Shown piece by piece: positions 14,082 through 28,140 of a stretch of 64,000 bases of DNA. Under the pieces are notes generated by a model, which saw nothing but the letters and a program-made list of their open reading frames with translations, was not told the origin of the DNA and ran no database searches. Within the stretch, counting starts at the first letter, position 1. The number at the start of each line of letters is the position of its first letter. The DNA is from Camelus ferus (Eukaryota), in assembly GCF_009834535.1 (NCBI RefSeq), contig NC_045707.1, positions 55,492,001-55,556,000 on the forward strand. The letters are read 5' to 3'. The translations under genes were made by a program, and so were the position numbers.

Positions 14082-14373
14082 AGAAGACACAGAAACAACA
14101 CAAGAAATGGATGATACAGGGAGAATGGCATGTGATGGCAGGGGCAGAGACTTGGATGATGCAATTGCAAACCAAGAGACGTCAGGGATTGCAGGCAACC
14201 TGGAAGTCAGGATCTAGAAGGGGGGGGGAGGAAGCCTCCCTGCAGAGGGCGTGGCCCTGCACCCTCCTTGATTTGGGGCTTCTAGCCTCTAGAACTATGA
14301 TAAAATAAATTTCTGTTGTATTAGCCACCAACTTCACGGTACTTTATTGGGACAATCCTAGAAAAGTAATACA
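14082..14373 (+). mobile_element. MaLR MLT1 LTR, 3' half
   Basis: ttctagcctctagaactatgataaaataaatttctgttg..ctagaaaagtaataca terminus. Confidence 0.85.
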
Positions 14374-14481
14374 GATTTGGTTTTCAAGAATCTGCCTATT
14401 GTATAAAGGCCTCTAAACATAATGGAGATGGAAGATCTCTGCTTTGTGTGAGGTTTTTAGGTCTTTCTCATGCCCCCAGTA

Positions 14482-14696
14482 CAGTTGACCCTTGACCAAC
14501 ATAAGTTGGAACTGTGTAGGTCCACTTTTGTCACTAAATATGTCACTACAGTTCTGCATATTCCAGGGTTGGTTGAATCAGCAAATGCAGAACCACGGAT
14601 ACAGAGGGCCTTCTGTAAATTTATGCGAGGATTTTTGCCTGCATGTGAGGTGGTGGATCAGCGCCCCTAATGCTCTCATTGTTCAAGGATCAACTG
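14482..14696 (+). mobile_element. MER8/Tigger2-family MITE
   Basis: TIRs cagttgacccttga / tcaaggatcaactg flanked by TA duplications. Confidence 0.9.
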
Positions 14697-15168
14697 TAAT
14701 TCTCTCTAAATCTGAATCCATAAATACCATAGAAAATTCAGTGTAAACACTAACTTTTCCAAATCAGTTTCAGCTGGTTCCTTCAGGTATTTCAGGCGTT
14801 CTGTATACTTTCACAATCTCTACATACGTCAGCAACCCAAATCCCGTCCCACTTCTCCTTTTCCTCCTCTTTCCTGTTCTCTCTGTGCACTAACTCCATT
14901 TTTATCTTTGTCTCTATTTCTCCCTCTTTTGTTATTGCCTCGTCTTTCTCATTCTGCCAACCTTTTAAGTTTGAAATCCTGCTGGAAAGTTCTTGAGGAC
15001 ACCTTCTCTGACAACTGCTCACTTCTCCAGCTAGTATACACAGCTAGGAGGGCCCTGGGTCCCACTCCTTAACCTGTTCTGTAGGAAACTTCCACCCCAG
15101 TTTCCCAAGGTCCCTTTGGAAGAAAGTCACAACAAAAGAAGATGGCCATCATGCAGACATTCCATAGG

Positions 15169-15353
15169 CCCATGGTTCTCAAACTGTGGTCCCCAGACTA
15201 GCAGGATCAGTGCTACTTGAGGGCTAGCTAGAAGTGCAAAATTTTTAGCCACACCCCAGACCTGCTAAATTTGAAACTCTGGGGTTGGGGTCCTACAGTC
15301 TTTGTTTTAATACGTGATTCTAAATGCACGTTGAAGTTTAAGAATTACCACTG
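15169..15353. mobile_element. MER5A-like hAT-Charlie MITE
   Basis: tggttctcaaactgtggtccccagac..ccccagacctgctaaatttgaaactctgggg..gaagtttaagaattaccactg. Confidence 0.85.
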
Positions 15354-15624
15354 TAGGTGTTGTTCACAAAGTAGCTCTCCACGTGGAAAAGCTGGTTAGT
15401 AACCTGAGTCAGAAGACTGAGCCAGAAATAAATCAACATGGTTCATTAAGAGAGAATCAGTGAAAAAGCTAGAGCTGTGTTCTGTAGTCCCTTTCCTAGT
15501 ATTTCTTCAAATGGCTCACAGAGACAGAAGTAGACATTGTACTTTAGTCAGAATAAGTAAAAGGATCATTATCAACTAGTTATGATGAAAAGATCTACAG
15601 TTTAATTTATGGCTTGATTTAGTC

Positions 15625-17100
15625 ATTTATTTATTCAGCAATCATTTCCTGAAACTTTTTTTTCTAAGCAATAAGGATGCTAAAGTCAAGAAGACAGAGA
15701 TTGTACTTCATAAAGTTAAGTCCTAGTAGGTATAAGGAAAGAAAATCTCCTTGACCCTCTGAGTCTCTGGTGGGCCTAAGAATTTAACTGACGTAAGAAA
15801 GATTAACAGGAGAAAAGCATACATGTTTAGTCAAACTTTTACATATACATGGAAGCCTTTGCAAGAGAATGAAGACCTGAGGAAGTGACCAGAGCAAAAA
15901 GATTTTATACTTTTTAGGCAAAGAAACAATACATCCATGAAGAATTAACAAGATGAAGGAGTTTAGGCTGGGGCAGTAAATTGTGAAGGGGTGACCAGGA
16001 CGATAAGGGTTAGTTTAATAAGGCGGATTAGTACAGATTTTTTTGGCTTCAATTCCCTGTCTCTGGTGATAACAATGTCTTCTTTGTGGTATAGTAAGGG
16101 TACCTTTCAAGAAGAGGAAGGAAGAGTCAGAGTAGTTTTCTTTGCCTGCTGTTTCTCAAGTGCCTTTAAACTTGAAATAATCAATATCCCAAAGCAGAAT
16201 ATTTTGGGGTGATATGCTCTGAGTTCCTACATAGGGAAGACAGAAAAACAAAAACTAAGTATTATTTAATTTTAGGTAGTGGTAAGATTGATAAGCAAAG
16301 GAAAACTTTGTAACAGATTAATAATGGTGGATACTAAATGATGGGTGAGCAAAAAAGATGAATATTTAAACAGAAAAAGAATGAAATTCGGGAAGACGAC
16401 TTCAATTTGGAGATAATATATTCTGGCAGAGAGAAAAGAAAAATGCAAATACCTGGGGGTGAACTTCACTTGTACATTTCAGAAGAGCAGCAAGGTGGCC
16501 AGTGCAGCTGCAGCAGAGTCAGCAAAAGGAGGAAAGCGAAGGAGACTAGAAGCAAAGGGAAGGGCCAAGTCATGTAGGGCTTTGAGGACATCCCCAGGAT
16601 GTCAGACTTTATTCCAAACTTAATGTGAACTCATTGGAAGTGGGAGCTCAAATTAAATGGGAGAACTGACATGATCTGCTCTACTGCTGTGTGAAGAGGT
16701 GTAAGCGGGGCAAGAGTAAGACCATTTAGAAGTCTAGTGTAGAGGTCAGAACACAAGTAGGTGAGAACAACGGATAGGATCAAAGGGATGGTCAGATTAT
16801 GGATGTCCTTCAAAGGGGCAACTAAGAGCTTATGGATGGATTGGATGCGAAATGTGATAGACCAAGGATACAAAGACGACCTCTAGGTTTGGGGGCTGAA
16901 AAAGCACATATCTGAGACTGCCTTTTATTGAGCTAGGAACCGCAGTGGTGGCAGCAGGCTTGGAGGGGGATACAGAGGCCAGTTTGGGCAGGTTAAATTT
17001 GTCCATCCAGGAGAGATTTCAAGCAGAGAGCTGGATATATCATGCTGGTACTGAGGGGAAAGGTCAGACTGGTGAGAAAAACCAAGAGGAATTCATGATT
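15625..17100 (-). mobile_element. L2, interrupted by a solo LTR
   Basis: catttatttattcagcaatcatttcctga tail; continues after 16235 with L2 body motifs (ggccaagtcatgtagggc, agagctggatatatc). Confidence 0.8.
15731..16231 (-). mobile_element. Solo ERV1 LTR (MER34-like)
   Basis: 501 bp; 4-bp TSD TAGG (15727-30, 16232-35); gaaataatcaatatcccaaagcagaatattttggggtg near terminus. Confidence 0.85.
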
Positions 17101-20100
17101 TAAGAGAGTGAAGAGTTCTGAAGACAACACAACCCACAGGGGGAAAGGAGGGAAAGAGTTTGCTGGTAATCAGGGAAATACTGAACTGTTTTGGTGCAAG
17201 TCAATGCTCACCTAGAAACTAGATGGTAAGATTGGAGGTAGGCACGCAATAAGATATGCTGACGTCTGTTCACACGCATGACTGTTCTGGCTAGTTTGAT
17301 AAATAACTAGATCAATAGGGCTCTAAATTTTCTTTCCATGATCATCTCTCAATGAGCTACAACAATTAAGAGATTTTTCTACCAGTGAATCAGGATGGGT
17401 AACATTAATACAAAGACAAAATAGGGAAGGAAAACGGCCTCAAGAGAAAAAATTGTCAAATTTTAAATGTGGTTTTTATTTTTGTGTAGAAAAGGGCTAG
17501 AAGGGACTATTTATAACAAATATACTATTATTCATAACAAAAAGCACTAAAAAACAGATCTACAGCCAAACTTTAATGATTTATTTAATGTATTTTATAT
17601 TGTCAAGGAGACTTTAATAAATGTGTTCTATTGCCCATTAATGCAGTATGCAGAAACAAAATGATTTGATCTAATATATTTTCTTAAAATGTTTCTATAT
17701 ATCTTTTTGGCCAAGATATTAAAATAACTTGTAACTCTGAATATTTCTTCTGTTATAGCCTAAAGCGACAGAATCTATTTTTATAAACTTATTAATATGT
17801 ACATATTAAATAACTCTAATATTTCTATTTTGAGAAAATTAATGAATGAATATTTGTCCTAAGTGTTATTTGAACATTATAATTTCAAACAGCTGACTTT
17901 TGCATCTAAGGTAGAAAAAATGTACAGTTACCACCCAGAAAACACAAAATAATAGCTGAATAACAAAGAAAAATCCTAATAGTAAGATAGTGAAAAATCT
18001 AATTAACATTATAGCTTTTACCACCAGGATTAGTGGAATATGTAAATCTTTTTTTTTTTTTTTTTAGAAACTGAAGAGGAAAAAGTTCTTTTGTAAACAA
18101 TACGTTTTGGTTACAAATTCACAATAGTAATTTCACAGCAAATGTGTAACACGTGTACCACCAGGAAGACAGCACGTGCTGTAATCAGCCGGCTTTGTGA
18201 ATTTACTATAACAAAATGATTAGACACTGGATTTAATCATGCCACGTCTGGGATTTGGCATTCTAACAACTGTAGCCCAGCTGCCAGTCCTGCCACAGTG
18301 GTAGAAACTTACCAGCCCTTTGTAATAAGCATGTCTAGAGCTATTCCTTTCATTATTTTCAAGACAGAGAGACAAAGAATTACATATATTGTCTTCATGT
18401 GCAGAGATGGCATGACTCATACGTGACTGGAGGGTTTTCTTACATGTCTTACTACCCAATAATATCCATATGAGTGATCACTGCCATGAACTCAGGAAAT
18501 GAGTATTTGGGTAGCTTTCATGATGGTACTAATAAACTGTTCTAATGAATTCTGATGAGCATGAACTAATACAATAATTTCAAAGACTTCGAATTATATT
18601 ATGCTGGATATAGAGTAGCTTGCTGTGGCCTTAGCTGCCTGCCTTTCCGAGTTCTGAAGTGATATATTGTAGTATAAGTACTATAGTAAGAAATCGGATT
18701 TTGATGCCATATCATATCTGCTAAAATTTAACAACTGAATGTATCAGGCATTTATAGAAGAGTTAATTCTCCTATGATCACGTTTTGAAATGACCCTGCT
18801 CTCAGTCTCATCCAAATCCCAAACTAGACAGGTTGCATCATATTTTCTTTTTTGACAACTAACTTCTAAAATGATGTTAACAGAAAAACCAGAAACGTTG
18901 CAAAGGAGAAATGGTTGGAAGGGAACATTAAGATTCTGTTTTGAGATCTTAGAATTTTAAATGACAGTATATTATACAAAGGAAAACTGGAGAGATAATT
19001 TGTGATTATCTTACTGGTATGCCTGAAACAAAGTAAATAATACCAGCTGCTGTAGTCACAAACCTGAAAATTTTAGCAACTTCCTATAGTGAGTGTATCC
19101 CTTGATTCAATGTACATATTCCTACTGGCAAGCGCTTCAGGTGATTATTCAGGAGGCAGACACTTCATATCTGGTTGCTCAGACTGTGTCCAGAATCTCC
19201 ATTCATTTGGTGAATGAAGATTAGGAACGTCAAGTATTGTGTATGAAAGATTTTTGAAAGCTGGGTTTTGAAGTGGCATACATTAATCACCCTTGTCCAT
19301 ATTCCACTGTGTAAAACTCTAAGGATGCTGGAAAATATAGTCTGCTTGTGTGCCTCCGAGTAAAAGGTGATCACACAGAATCTCCACCACATTTTGTTTG
19401 GTTGAGAGGTGAGAAACTGTAATGTGAGTCTGAGCAGCAGAACAGAAGTGACCCTGAAAACTTGATTATGGGTATTTTGGAAAAGCGTGTGTACATGAAA
19501 AAGCCAAAGGTTAAGCAGCATCTTATAATGCTTTGGTACTTATGGGGAAAGATTACATATAATTTTTATAGTTATATTAGTATTAAGCTGATCTTTGCAA
19601 ATAAGAGTCATATGAAGTAAGTATTTCTGCCAGTAAGATAAATGAAATCAACCCAATGAATTGGTTAAAGAGATCCAAATTCTTTAGTTTTATCCATTAT
19701 TTAATGTGACTTCTAGGAAAACATTCAGGTTTTTTTTTTTAAAATTAATTTCTTCCAGCCTGAGTCTCTATGGAGATACAGCCTCATGTCAGACCTGCTC
19801 AGAAGGACTATTCATTTTAAATCCTACCTTCCACAATATTAAATACCTTTCCCACACTTTCTTCATAGATAATGTTGTAATTCATTGTGGGATTAAATTA
19901 AAATTGTGCAAAATAAGAGATGAGCCATATTGTTTGGCAAGGCACCCAAACAGAATCCATAAATAGATATATTCAGCATTTCAAATTGAATATCAAATAT
20001 CACATCAAAGTAGCTTTGTCCATACAGTGTGGGGCAATACTCTACACATTTCACGGTATACATGGTTAACTGAGATTTATAGTTGAAATTTACCTCAAAG

Positions 20101-21279
20101 TCTTTTTTTTTTTTTAAATATCATCTTTTCCAGTAAATGAGTAGGTTTTTTAATTGGCACATTCTAATATCCTCAATGTTCATTTCAATTGTAGACATGT
20201 TACGCTGACAGATGTTTCCAAGTGAAATGTTTATTTCACTATTAGCAGAGAAACATCTGCTGTTGGAAGGAGATTGCCATTTTTATTTCTCCAGATCTTA
20301 TACAGGCCAGTGGCTCATCACCAAAACCCTCTACCATCCATCTTAAACAAATATATTTATATTATTAGAAATGGATGACCATTTCCTTAATATTTCCTGG
20401 AACTCCAATTGTGTTCTGCTAAGATACATGAAAATGTTTTGCAACCCTATAATCTTTTTATTTGGCTATATCCATGCAACCCAAAACTAATAAAGCTAAG
20501 ATAGACTTGTAACTTAGTTAAAAATTATTACAAATAGAGTAATGGAAAGAGAATATCTACAATGTAAAAGGTAATAAGACTTTTTACTCATCCATCTGAA
20601 AATAACTTCAGACCTGGAAGAGATTTTTCTCCTAATAAATTAAAGGTTAGAAATACAGCTGGTGTTTTCTTGAGTTCTGTGGTTGTACAGAGTTTTTTCT
20701 TGACCTGATTTTTATCTTCTAAAGAGTTTTAAAGAAAATGAAATTGCATAATCCACAGCATACACCTCTCCATTACTACTTTTTAGGAGAAAATCAAACT
20801 CGGTAAGCTTTCATTTAGTGAATACCTTATAATTAGCATTTTTAATATGTAAAACCTAATGTTCCAAATGTAAAGACTCTTAAATATGACTGTTAACTCT
20901 CTAATGAACCGTGACATAATACTAAGGAGAAAAAGTTTACCTTTATCATTGCTTCCAGCAACAGAATATCTGAACAGAACAGAAATAATAGCTGTATTGA
21001 TCTGAGTCCATGTGTTTTTGTCTAAGCCAAATAAAAATTAATAACATCATTTTTTGAGGTAAAAATGGGTTTTTCCAAGCAAAGTAAATATGATGATTGT
21101 ATCTCCTTACACAATGCATTCTTTCCCCTCAGAGTTACAACTAGTCCCCAAAAAGCCTGGAGGATAAAACTTATTTGGAACACTGAGGAAGAAACTAGCA
21201 GTTGGTTCAAGGACTTCACCTAGTTCACAGCCATGGCTGCTTTTACACAGGCGAAGCGAAGACCCCAGCAGGGGGGTTC

Positions 21280-21502
21280 ACAGTTAAGAGCATTTGTCCT
21301 CCAGTCTATATACCTAAGTTCAAATCCCACCTCAACAGCTGTCTAGCTGTGTGACTTGGACAGATGACTGAACCTCTTTCTCCTTCAACTTTCTTATCTG
21401 TAAAATGGAAATAATGATAATACTTAATTTGTGGGGTTTAAGTACTAATTTTGTGAAATTCTTAGAATAGTACCTACCACACTGTAAACTATCATTGTTA
21501 CT
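21280..21502 (+). mobile_element. MIR SINE
   Basis: agttcaaatccc..tagctgtgtgacttggac..atctgtaaaatggaaataatgataatac core. Confidence 0.85.
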
Positions 21503-21639
21503 AATTTTCTGTTCAAGTAAGAGAAAAATAGACTATAGGAGAGACAAAAATGCGTAACCTGCTGTCATTCTTCTAGTTTAGGCTAAGGGGATTAAATACA
21601 AGACACAGGAATTTACTCATCCATTTAATTATTTTTTGA

Positions 21640-22000
21640 TTTTTTTTTTTCAAATTGAAGTACAGTTGATGGTCAATGTTATATGAGATTTTGATGTACA
21701 GCAGAGTGATTCACAGTTTTTAAAGGTTATATTCCATTTATAGTTATTATAAAAATGTTGACTATGTTCTCTGTGTTGTACTGAATATTCTTATACCTTA
21801 CTTACTATATACATAGTACTCTGTGTCTCTTAATTCCCTACCACTGTCCTGCCATGGTCTGACCTTTCCTCTCATTGGTAACTACTAGTTTGTTCTCAGT
21901 ATCTGTGAATCAGTTTCTTTTTTATTATGTTCACTAGATTATTTTATTTTTAAGCTTCCACATGTAAGGATGTCATGCAGCATCTGCCTTTCTCTGTCTG
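21640..22000 (-). mobile_element. 5'-truncated L1 3' end inserted in an L2 tail
   Basis: poly-T then aattgaagtacagttgat..ggtaactactagtttgttctc..ctttctctgtctg; L2 remnant resumes at ~22020. Confidence 0.85.
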
Positions 22001-22254
22001 CCACTGAGTAATACTGAGTAATATTTTTAAGTCGTCATCTGTATCAGGCTATTTACTAGGAGCTGAGATTGTAGCAACGAACAAGACGGAGGTGGCCTGG
22101 CCCTCTGACTGCACAGAGAACTCCACCACTAGACGGTATTATACAGTTGTACGCAATTCAGCAACTCCTTGAAGCAATTGCTCCGTGCTCTGTCTTTATA
22201 TTTAATAACAATAGTGATACTAAATGTTAATTTTAATCAACAGTAATTTTATAT

Positions 22255-22400
22255 TTGTTATCTCTAACTTCACAACAACCATACGGTACCTATTACATCC
22301 ATGTGTTAAATAAGGGTCTTGAAATTGCACAGAATTTAATGGTTTCTCCCAGCCCACACAAGGTAGTAAAATGACAGGGCCAGAATTCACATTTCTGCCC
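22255..22400 (-). mobile_element. MIR fragment
   Basis: cttcacaacaaccatacggta..acacaaggtagtaaaatgacagggccagaattc. Confidence 0.6.
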
Positions 22401-22563
22401 TATTCACTCCATTAGCTATTACAAAGCAGAGGTCCCTTCTTAGAAATCCCTACTGTATGCTCTGCACAGTTTTTTGTTTTTTGTTTTCCTAAATGCTTTC
22501 TTCCCTCTTAGGGAACAATTCTCCATTTTTACCCAAATCAAAAAGCAAAATTTTAAACCAAGC

Positions 22564-22731
22564 TATTGGTTCTCAAACCTCCCTACCTATTGAATTAACA
22601 CTTTTAAAATACTGATGTATTGTTCCTACCACCAGAGTATCATGATTCAACTGGTCTGAGATATTGCCTGGGTATTGAAAATTTAAAGCTCCCCAGGTGA
22701 TTTTAGCATTTGTGAAGGCTGAGAACCAATG
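22564..22731. mobile_element. MER5-family MITE
   Basis: TIRs attggttctca / tgagaaccaat; aagctccccaggtgatt. Confidence 0.8.
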
Positions 22732-22776
22732 ACCTAAAATATAAACCATGGCTTGAGTGATGCTTAAAACAGGAAT

Positions 22777-23504
22777 CAGAGATGTAAATTAAGGGATTAA
22801 GTTTATAGGATTTGGAGAACATTGAAAAATAATACAAAAATTACAAATTCAATTTTATAGGACATTATTATGTAGTATTTCTTCTAAAGATTAGAAAGAT
22901 AATTGATTTTAAAATGTATTATTGAAAGGCTTAACAAGGTATTTTTAAGACAAAAGTCTCCCCATATAACATGTATGTCCTATGATTAGATTTCCCACAA
23001 ACTAGCTTCTGCCTTCACACATTTCAGACTTCGTGTTTCCTCTACCATACACGTACTTGGGTACTGAGAGCCACAGAATGAGTTTACATTTCGGTACCAC
23101 CTCTGGCCCTGTCAGGATGCCCTGGTAGATTTGTATCATGAGTAGTAGAAATGTTCCTGAAAGCTATTCATAACTGGCACAGCCAGCAATGACTTGGCTG
23201 TACAACAAAGACACCATGAACCAACCATTCAGCTGCATCCTATGAAGCCCAAGGTATGTTTATCCCCAACTCAACTTCCCTTTAACTGGATTCCACTAAG
23301 CCTGGGGCTAACCCACAGGCATTATACTAGGGGAAGTGTGATGGAGGGGGAAGTCCTATAGTGAAGAGACAATGGTCTCAACTGACTGTTGTTATTACAC
23401 TACTTTTGAAAATTTTACCAGAACTTCATGACCCTTAAAGGACCTATCCAAGTAAGGGATGCTGAAGATTAAGGTTTATGATATTCATGGCAAATCCATC
23501 TCTA
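22777..23504. mobile_element. Old hAT-type DNA transposon relic
   Basis: Right end ttcatggcaaatccatctct resembles a MER53-like terminus; left cagagatgtaaatt is a weak inverted match. Confidence 0.4.
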
Positions 23505-23584
23505 AATATTAGCCATTATTGTTGTCAGTAGCATCTCCATAATTTCAAAAGCGGGTAATAATCTGGTTGGAACATGTAGATAAG

Positions 23585-23790
23585 TAACTAATATTAGCAA
23601 ATGCCATTCTGAACATTTCACAGGTATTAATGTATTTAAGCCTCCCTGGAATCTTGTGTAAGTAATATTATGATCACCTTCTCTCAGATGAGGAAGGTGA
23701 GACCCACAGAGGCCAATGACCTTAACTTACAAAGCGAGTAAGTGGCAGGTATGATCTGAACACAGGCAGTCTGACTCTACAGGGCACATC
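23585..23790 (-). mobile_element. MIR SINE
   Basis: cagatgaggaaggtgagacccacagagg..tgaacacaggcagtctgactc. Confidence 0.8.
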
Positions 23791-24569
23791 AGGGATCTCT
23801 GGATCTCTGAGAAGTTCAGAGTCTTAGCTTATTCTTGAAGTTGAAAATGCATAGCCCTTTACCCTAGTATGAGGAATCATCAAATATTTATTTCAAATTA
23901 ATGGAATAGGGATTGTGGGAGTTGATGAAAACTGTGTTGCTTGAAATGAAAGATAGGTGGGTCTAACCGGCCAGTCTGGGAGTCTGCCACATTCTTTTGA
24001 GGCAGCTCACATGATAAAGGGAAACTTTAAGGTGGGCCTGGCAAGTGAAAAGGGAACAACAGAAAGAAATGCCAAGCACAATGAAAATTGAGTCAATTTC
24101 CCATCGTGTGTCAAAGCAAAAGCCCCAAGCAAACGTGCATTTAAAGTGTGATTTACAAGCATACAGAGCATCAGCTAGCAAGACCAGCTCCACGTTTGCT
24201 AGGAGGATAGATACGTAATAATGTAAAGGGATTATGGGTCCAATCAAAGTGTTTACAAAGGATGGGATGCAGTGTCAATTATGGTTCACTCAATCAGAAA
24301 TGAAAAAGTGGCGTGTGTTGCGGATAATTGTATCCATTCAACATAACATGCATAGTGATTATATTAACTACGTGGTGTGAGAAGGTAAGAGGTGAACTGG
24401 AAATAAACTGAGGATCAGTCTTAACTCTGAGAGAGAAACTCAGCAGACTAATTCCCATTCATCCTAATTCAGTTCAGAAGGCAGGAGACAAAATCAGATG
24501 CACCAAACCCTGACACACTGTATATTCTTTCTCTCCCCCCCCCCCCCAGAACTTATCAGAGCAGTTACC

Positions 24570-24720
24570 AAAATCATTTGTAACTGTTACTTATTTGCCT
24601 GTCTCCTCCAAAACATGGTGACCTCATGACGGGCAGGTCTTATCTGTTATTTCTGTGCTCTGGTCTGCTTATACTGGAAGTGTTCGGTAAATGACAGAAT
24701 GATGAATGAACAAATGAATT
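24570..24720 (+). mobile_element. L2 3' end
   Basis: cctgtctcctcc..ctcatgacgggcagg..gatgaatgaacaaatgaat. Confidence 0.65.
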
Positions 24721-27700
24721 GGGCGAGGGAAAAATGTAATGTCTCACATTCTGCTTACCATGCGTCGTGAGGTTTATGTTCAGCACCACTAAACACAGCA
24801 CCAAGCAGCAGCCAGAAATGTGACTCACGAAGCTTTCCACAAGTATCACACACTCCTAACCTACCCTTTGAGCACTTGGAACACTTTTATTCTCCTGTGG
24901 TATTTATCATAGCCATTCATCCAATAAATAAACATATACAGAGAGTACCACTATGTGATAGACACCATTTCAGGCAATAGTGTAAAAGGGTTGAGCAAAA
25001 TGGCTCTACTTTGTGTTCTATTTATGGAAGTATTGCTCCTGTCCTGTTCCTCTACTCAGTACTATCTCACCAATAATACCTAGCATTTCATCTAAAACAG
25101 AGTAAGTCCACATCTTAATTGCTAAGTGAATTTATACTGAATAAAAAGTAAAACCCTGTGTTCAAATCTTGCAAGCTAAATTCACAGTGAATGTATACAG
25201 TTAGGCCAGCAAGTGTCGCATGGGAAACTATTTCTTGACTGCAGAATAGCCTTTCCTGAGGAATATATGTGTGTGCATTGCTGCTACTGAATCAGAGCCT
25301 GTGATTAAACAAAAGATATGATCTTATAGAAACGCTCCTCTGAGACATCACCTCACAGATGCACAAGGGTCCAGGATCTGCAGATACTGAGGTAGCCAAG
25401 CACCAAACAATGGTATACTTTTTGAGCATCCCCTAGTGTGAACAACAGAGTCCTCACTAAATCTGAGAGAATCAGAATACATCATCTCCTGTTATTACTG
25501 GAATCTGAAATTCCGATTTTGCCCATCAATTTAAATAATTTATTCCTAGGCTATGAAATAATAGCCTGATTTTACTTTGAAAATCCTTTTTTGTTTCAAT
25601 AGGTATTTTTTTTAAGAATTCTGAATTTTTTTATTTTAAAACATTACTATGTTTAGAATATGCACTTTCAAGCATTGAAACTCATAATCGATTTACGAGT
25701 GCCATCTCAATGTTCCTGTCATTCAAGTTCTGCCAAATGTTCTCTTGCTTGTTCTTTGAAAATGAATGCTATGTTCTCTAACGGTACCAAAACGTTTTCC
25801 TTTCATTGCTTTGATTTTACCTCCCCAAATTCATATATAGTTTTATCATTTGTATTTATGGTTTCATTTGTTTTTTGGGGGGAACAATACCTGGAAAAAA
25901 CAAGGTCAAAAAAAAAAAAACACTAGATTTTAAAATTAAGTGAATATTACTAAGAATTCAGAAGACCTCGAAACATGAACTTTGAAACATTTTAATTCTT
26001 ACCGTCCCTCTTATTTTGAAGAACCTATAGTACTGTGTGTAATTCTATTCAGAAAACTGTTGTCTCTGTGTGGTAAAACTCTTGACGTTAATTAATTCCT
26101 TACATAGCTATAGATAAAACTTCGGGTAACTTTCCTTTCCCGTAAAGGAAGTTAGCAAGTTGAGTCTAGTCTAAAGATAAGATGTTCTACAATACCTTAT
26201 CTACTTCATATTGCTTATTAATTATTCTTTCTTGGAATATTTGCAAATTATTATTATTTTTAAGAGAAATAAATGGAGATATTTTAATGTTTAATTTTGG
26301 GTAAGTTGATTTTTCAAAGTCAAGCAATTAACTCAGTCTCTCATCTTCTCATCTTTCATTCCTACCTATGCTCCTACACATGCCTACAAATTCCACTGAG
26401 ATTAAGGTGTAACCATTCATATCTGTTTGTCTCCATTAATTTCAGTATCTTTACCTAATAAAAGGACTAACTTAATAGTTTTGATAGTGCTAAAATCATA
26501 ATTAATTTAGGCCATGGATAACATTGTGGAAATCAGAAGTGTCTGCTTTACTCATTGCCTGAAAAATGATTTAACAGTAGCAAGAGTGAAATTTATTTCT
26601 TCAAATATAGAAGAAATTCATATTCTGATGCCTGAATCAAACATGCTAATGGAATTCCTTAAGACGATTCTACAAGAAGACTTTTAGAATCTAGTACGTT
26701 ATTTAATGTTGTGTGAAAAGAAAGAGCAGGAAAAAAAATAGCCCAAATTCAAGTGACATCCTAAAATGGTACCTTGGCGAAATCACTTGCCCTTTAATTA
26801 TTTAAAAAGGTCTGTCTCATTCACAGCAAGCAAAAATTAATAACAAACTTCCATGCTGTGCTCAAGAACAGCTCAAAAAGTATTTCAATACAGTATATTA
26901 CTATGATAAGTCAGTCTGGCATCCAGAGTTAACATGTGCCTTGTTTTCAAGCTAGAAGACACAAAAGCATACATGTAAAATTAAAATATTGTTTTACCGA
27001 CTGCCTCAGTTAGCAAATTGTTTTGCTCCAAGGGAGAAAATAAAATGTAGGGGGTTTGTGTGTCCTTTCTTTCCAATGTCTTCTTAGTATCACTACTAAA
27101 ATAATACCAAAATAATACTGCGAAAGTATTATTACTTTAGATTAAGATTTTGGAGTGACCAACCAAGTATATGGTCATTAACACCTTGAAAGCAAATGTA
27201 AACCCTCAGGCAGAAAAAAAGCAAGGTAGGGAAAGAGGTGAAAGGAGAAACTGGGGAACACTTATTTAAGGGTCGAACGAAACGACAGACAGAAAACAAG
27301 ACAGAACTAAGGAGCTTGTGGAGAGGGCCAGAGAGTGGGAAGGTGTAGAGAAAAAAAGAAATCAACTGATGCAGGAATGCCTTGGAGATGGAAAGGAAAA
27401 GGTACTGGTCGTGGGAGCCAGAGGATAAATGAAGAAATGAACCAGGACTAGGAAAAATACCTCTGTTTGCACAAGGAACGTTTTAGTATGAATGAATTTG
27501 GATGTGGATACTGCCTTGCTAGAATGGCAGTGGAGGAATTCAGGGAAAAAAAACGGTCACATATATTATAATTTTGGTGATGTTTAGATTATTATCTATT
27601 TAAAATATTTACAGTACAAAATAAAAAGGGAGCTGTCTAGCAGCATGCAGAGGAATATAAGAGTGTGGAAGACAAGCCAATAAACAGGCTTCACTTGTCA

Positions 27701-28140
27701 AGCTATTTGAAGCGGAGAAACAGCCTGGAAATAGGAAAGGAGAGATGGGTTGATGTTTGTATTGATTCAGAAATTCAAGGACTTTTCTTTGTTGTTTGTC
27801 ATCATCATCATTATTTTGTTGGTGGGGCATTTCAGACGGAATATTTAGAGCATGAAGAGATTTAGAATTTGTCAAAAAGGGTAGAGGCACAATTTCAGAT
27901 ACGCAGAATTTTTAAATAGGGTAACTTAGTGCATGACCTTCCACCATCCAGCCACAAGTACCTTGGAAAGAATGAAGATTGCTGTAGCCAAAATGAAAAG
28001 GAAAGGGAAAAGTTCATGAAGAGCCTTGCCTTTCAGATTGGCTTGTGAAGCTCATTTCATTGACAGACGTGTAACAGAAAAAAACGTTTCATTTGCAACA
28101 GGAGAGACTGTCAAGAAGAACAGAGGAGGATCAGGATCAA

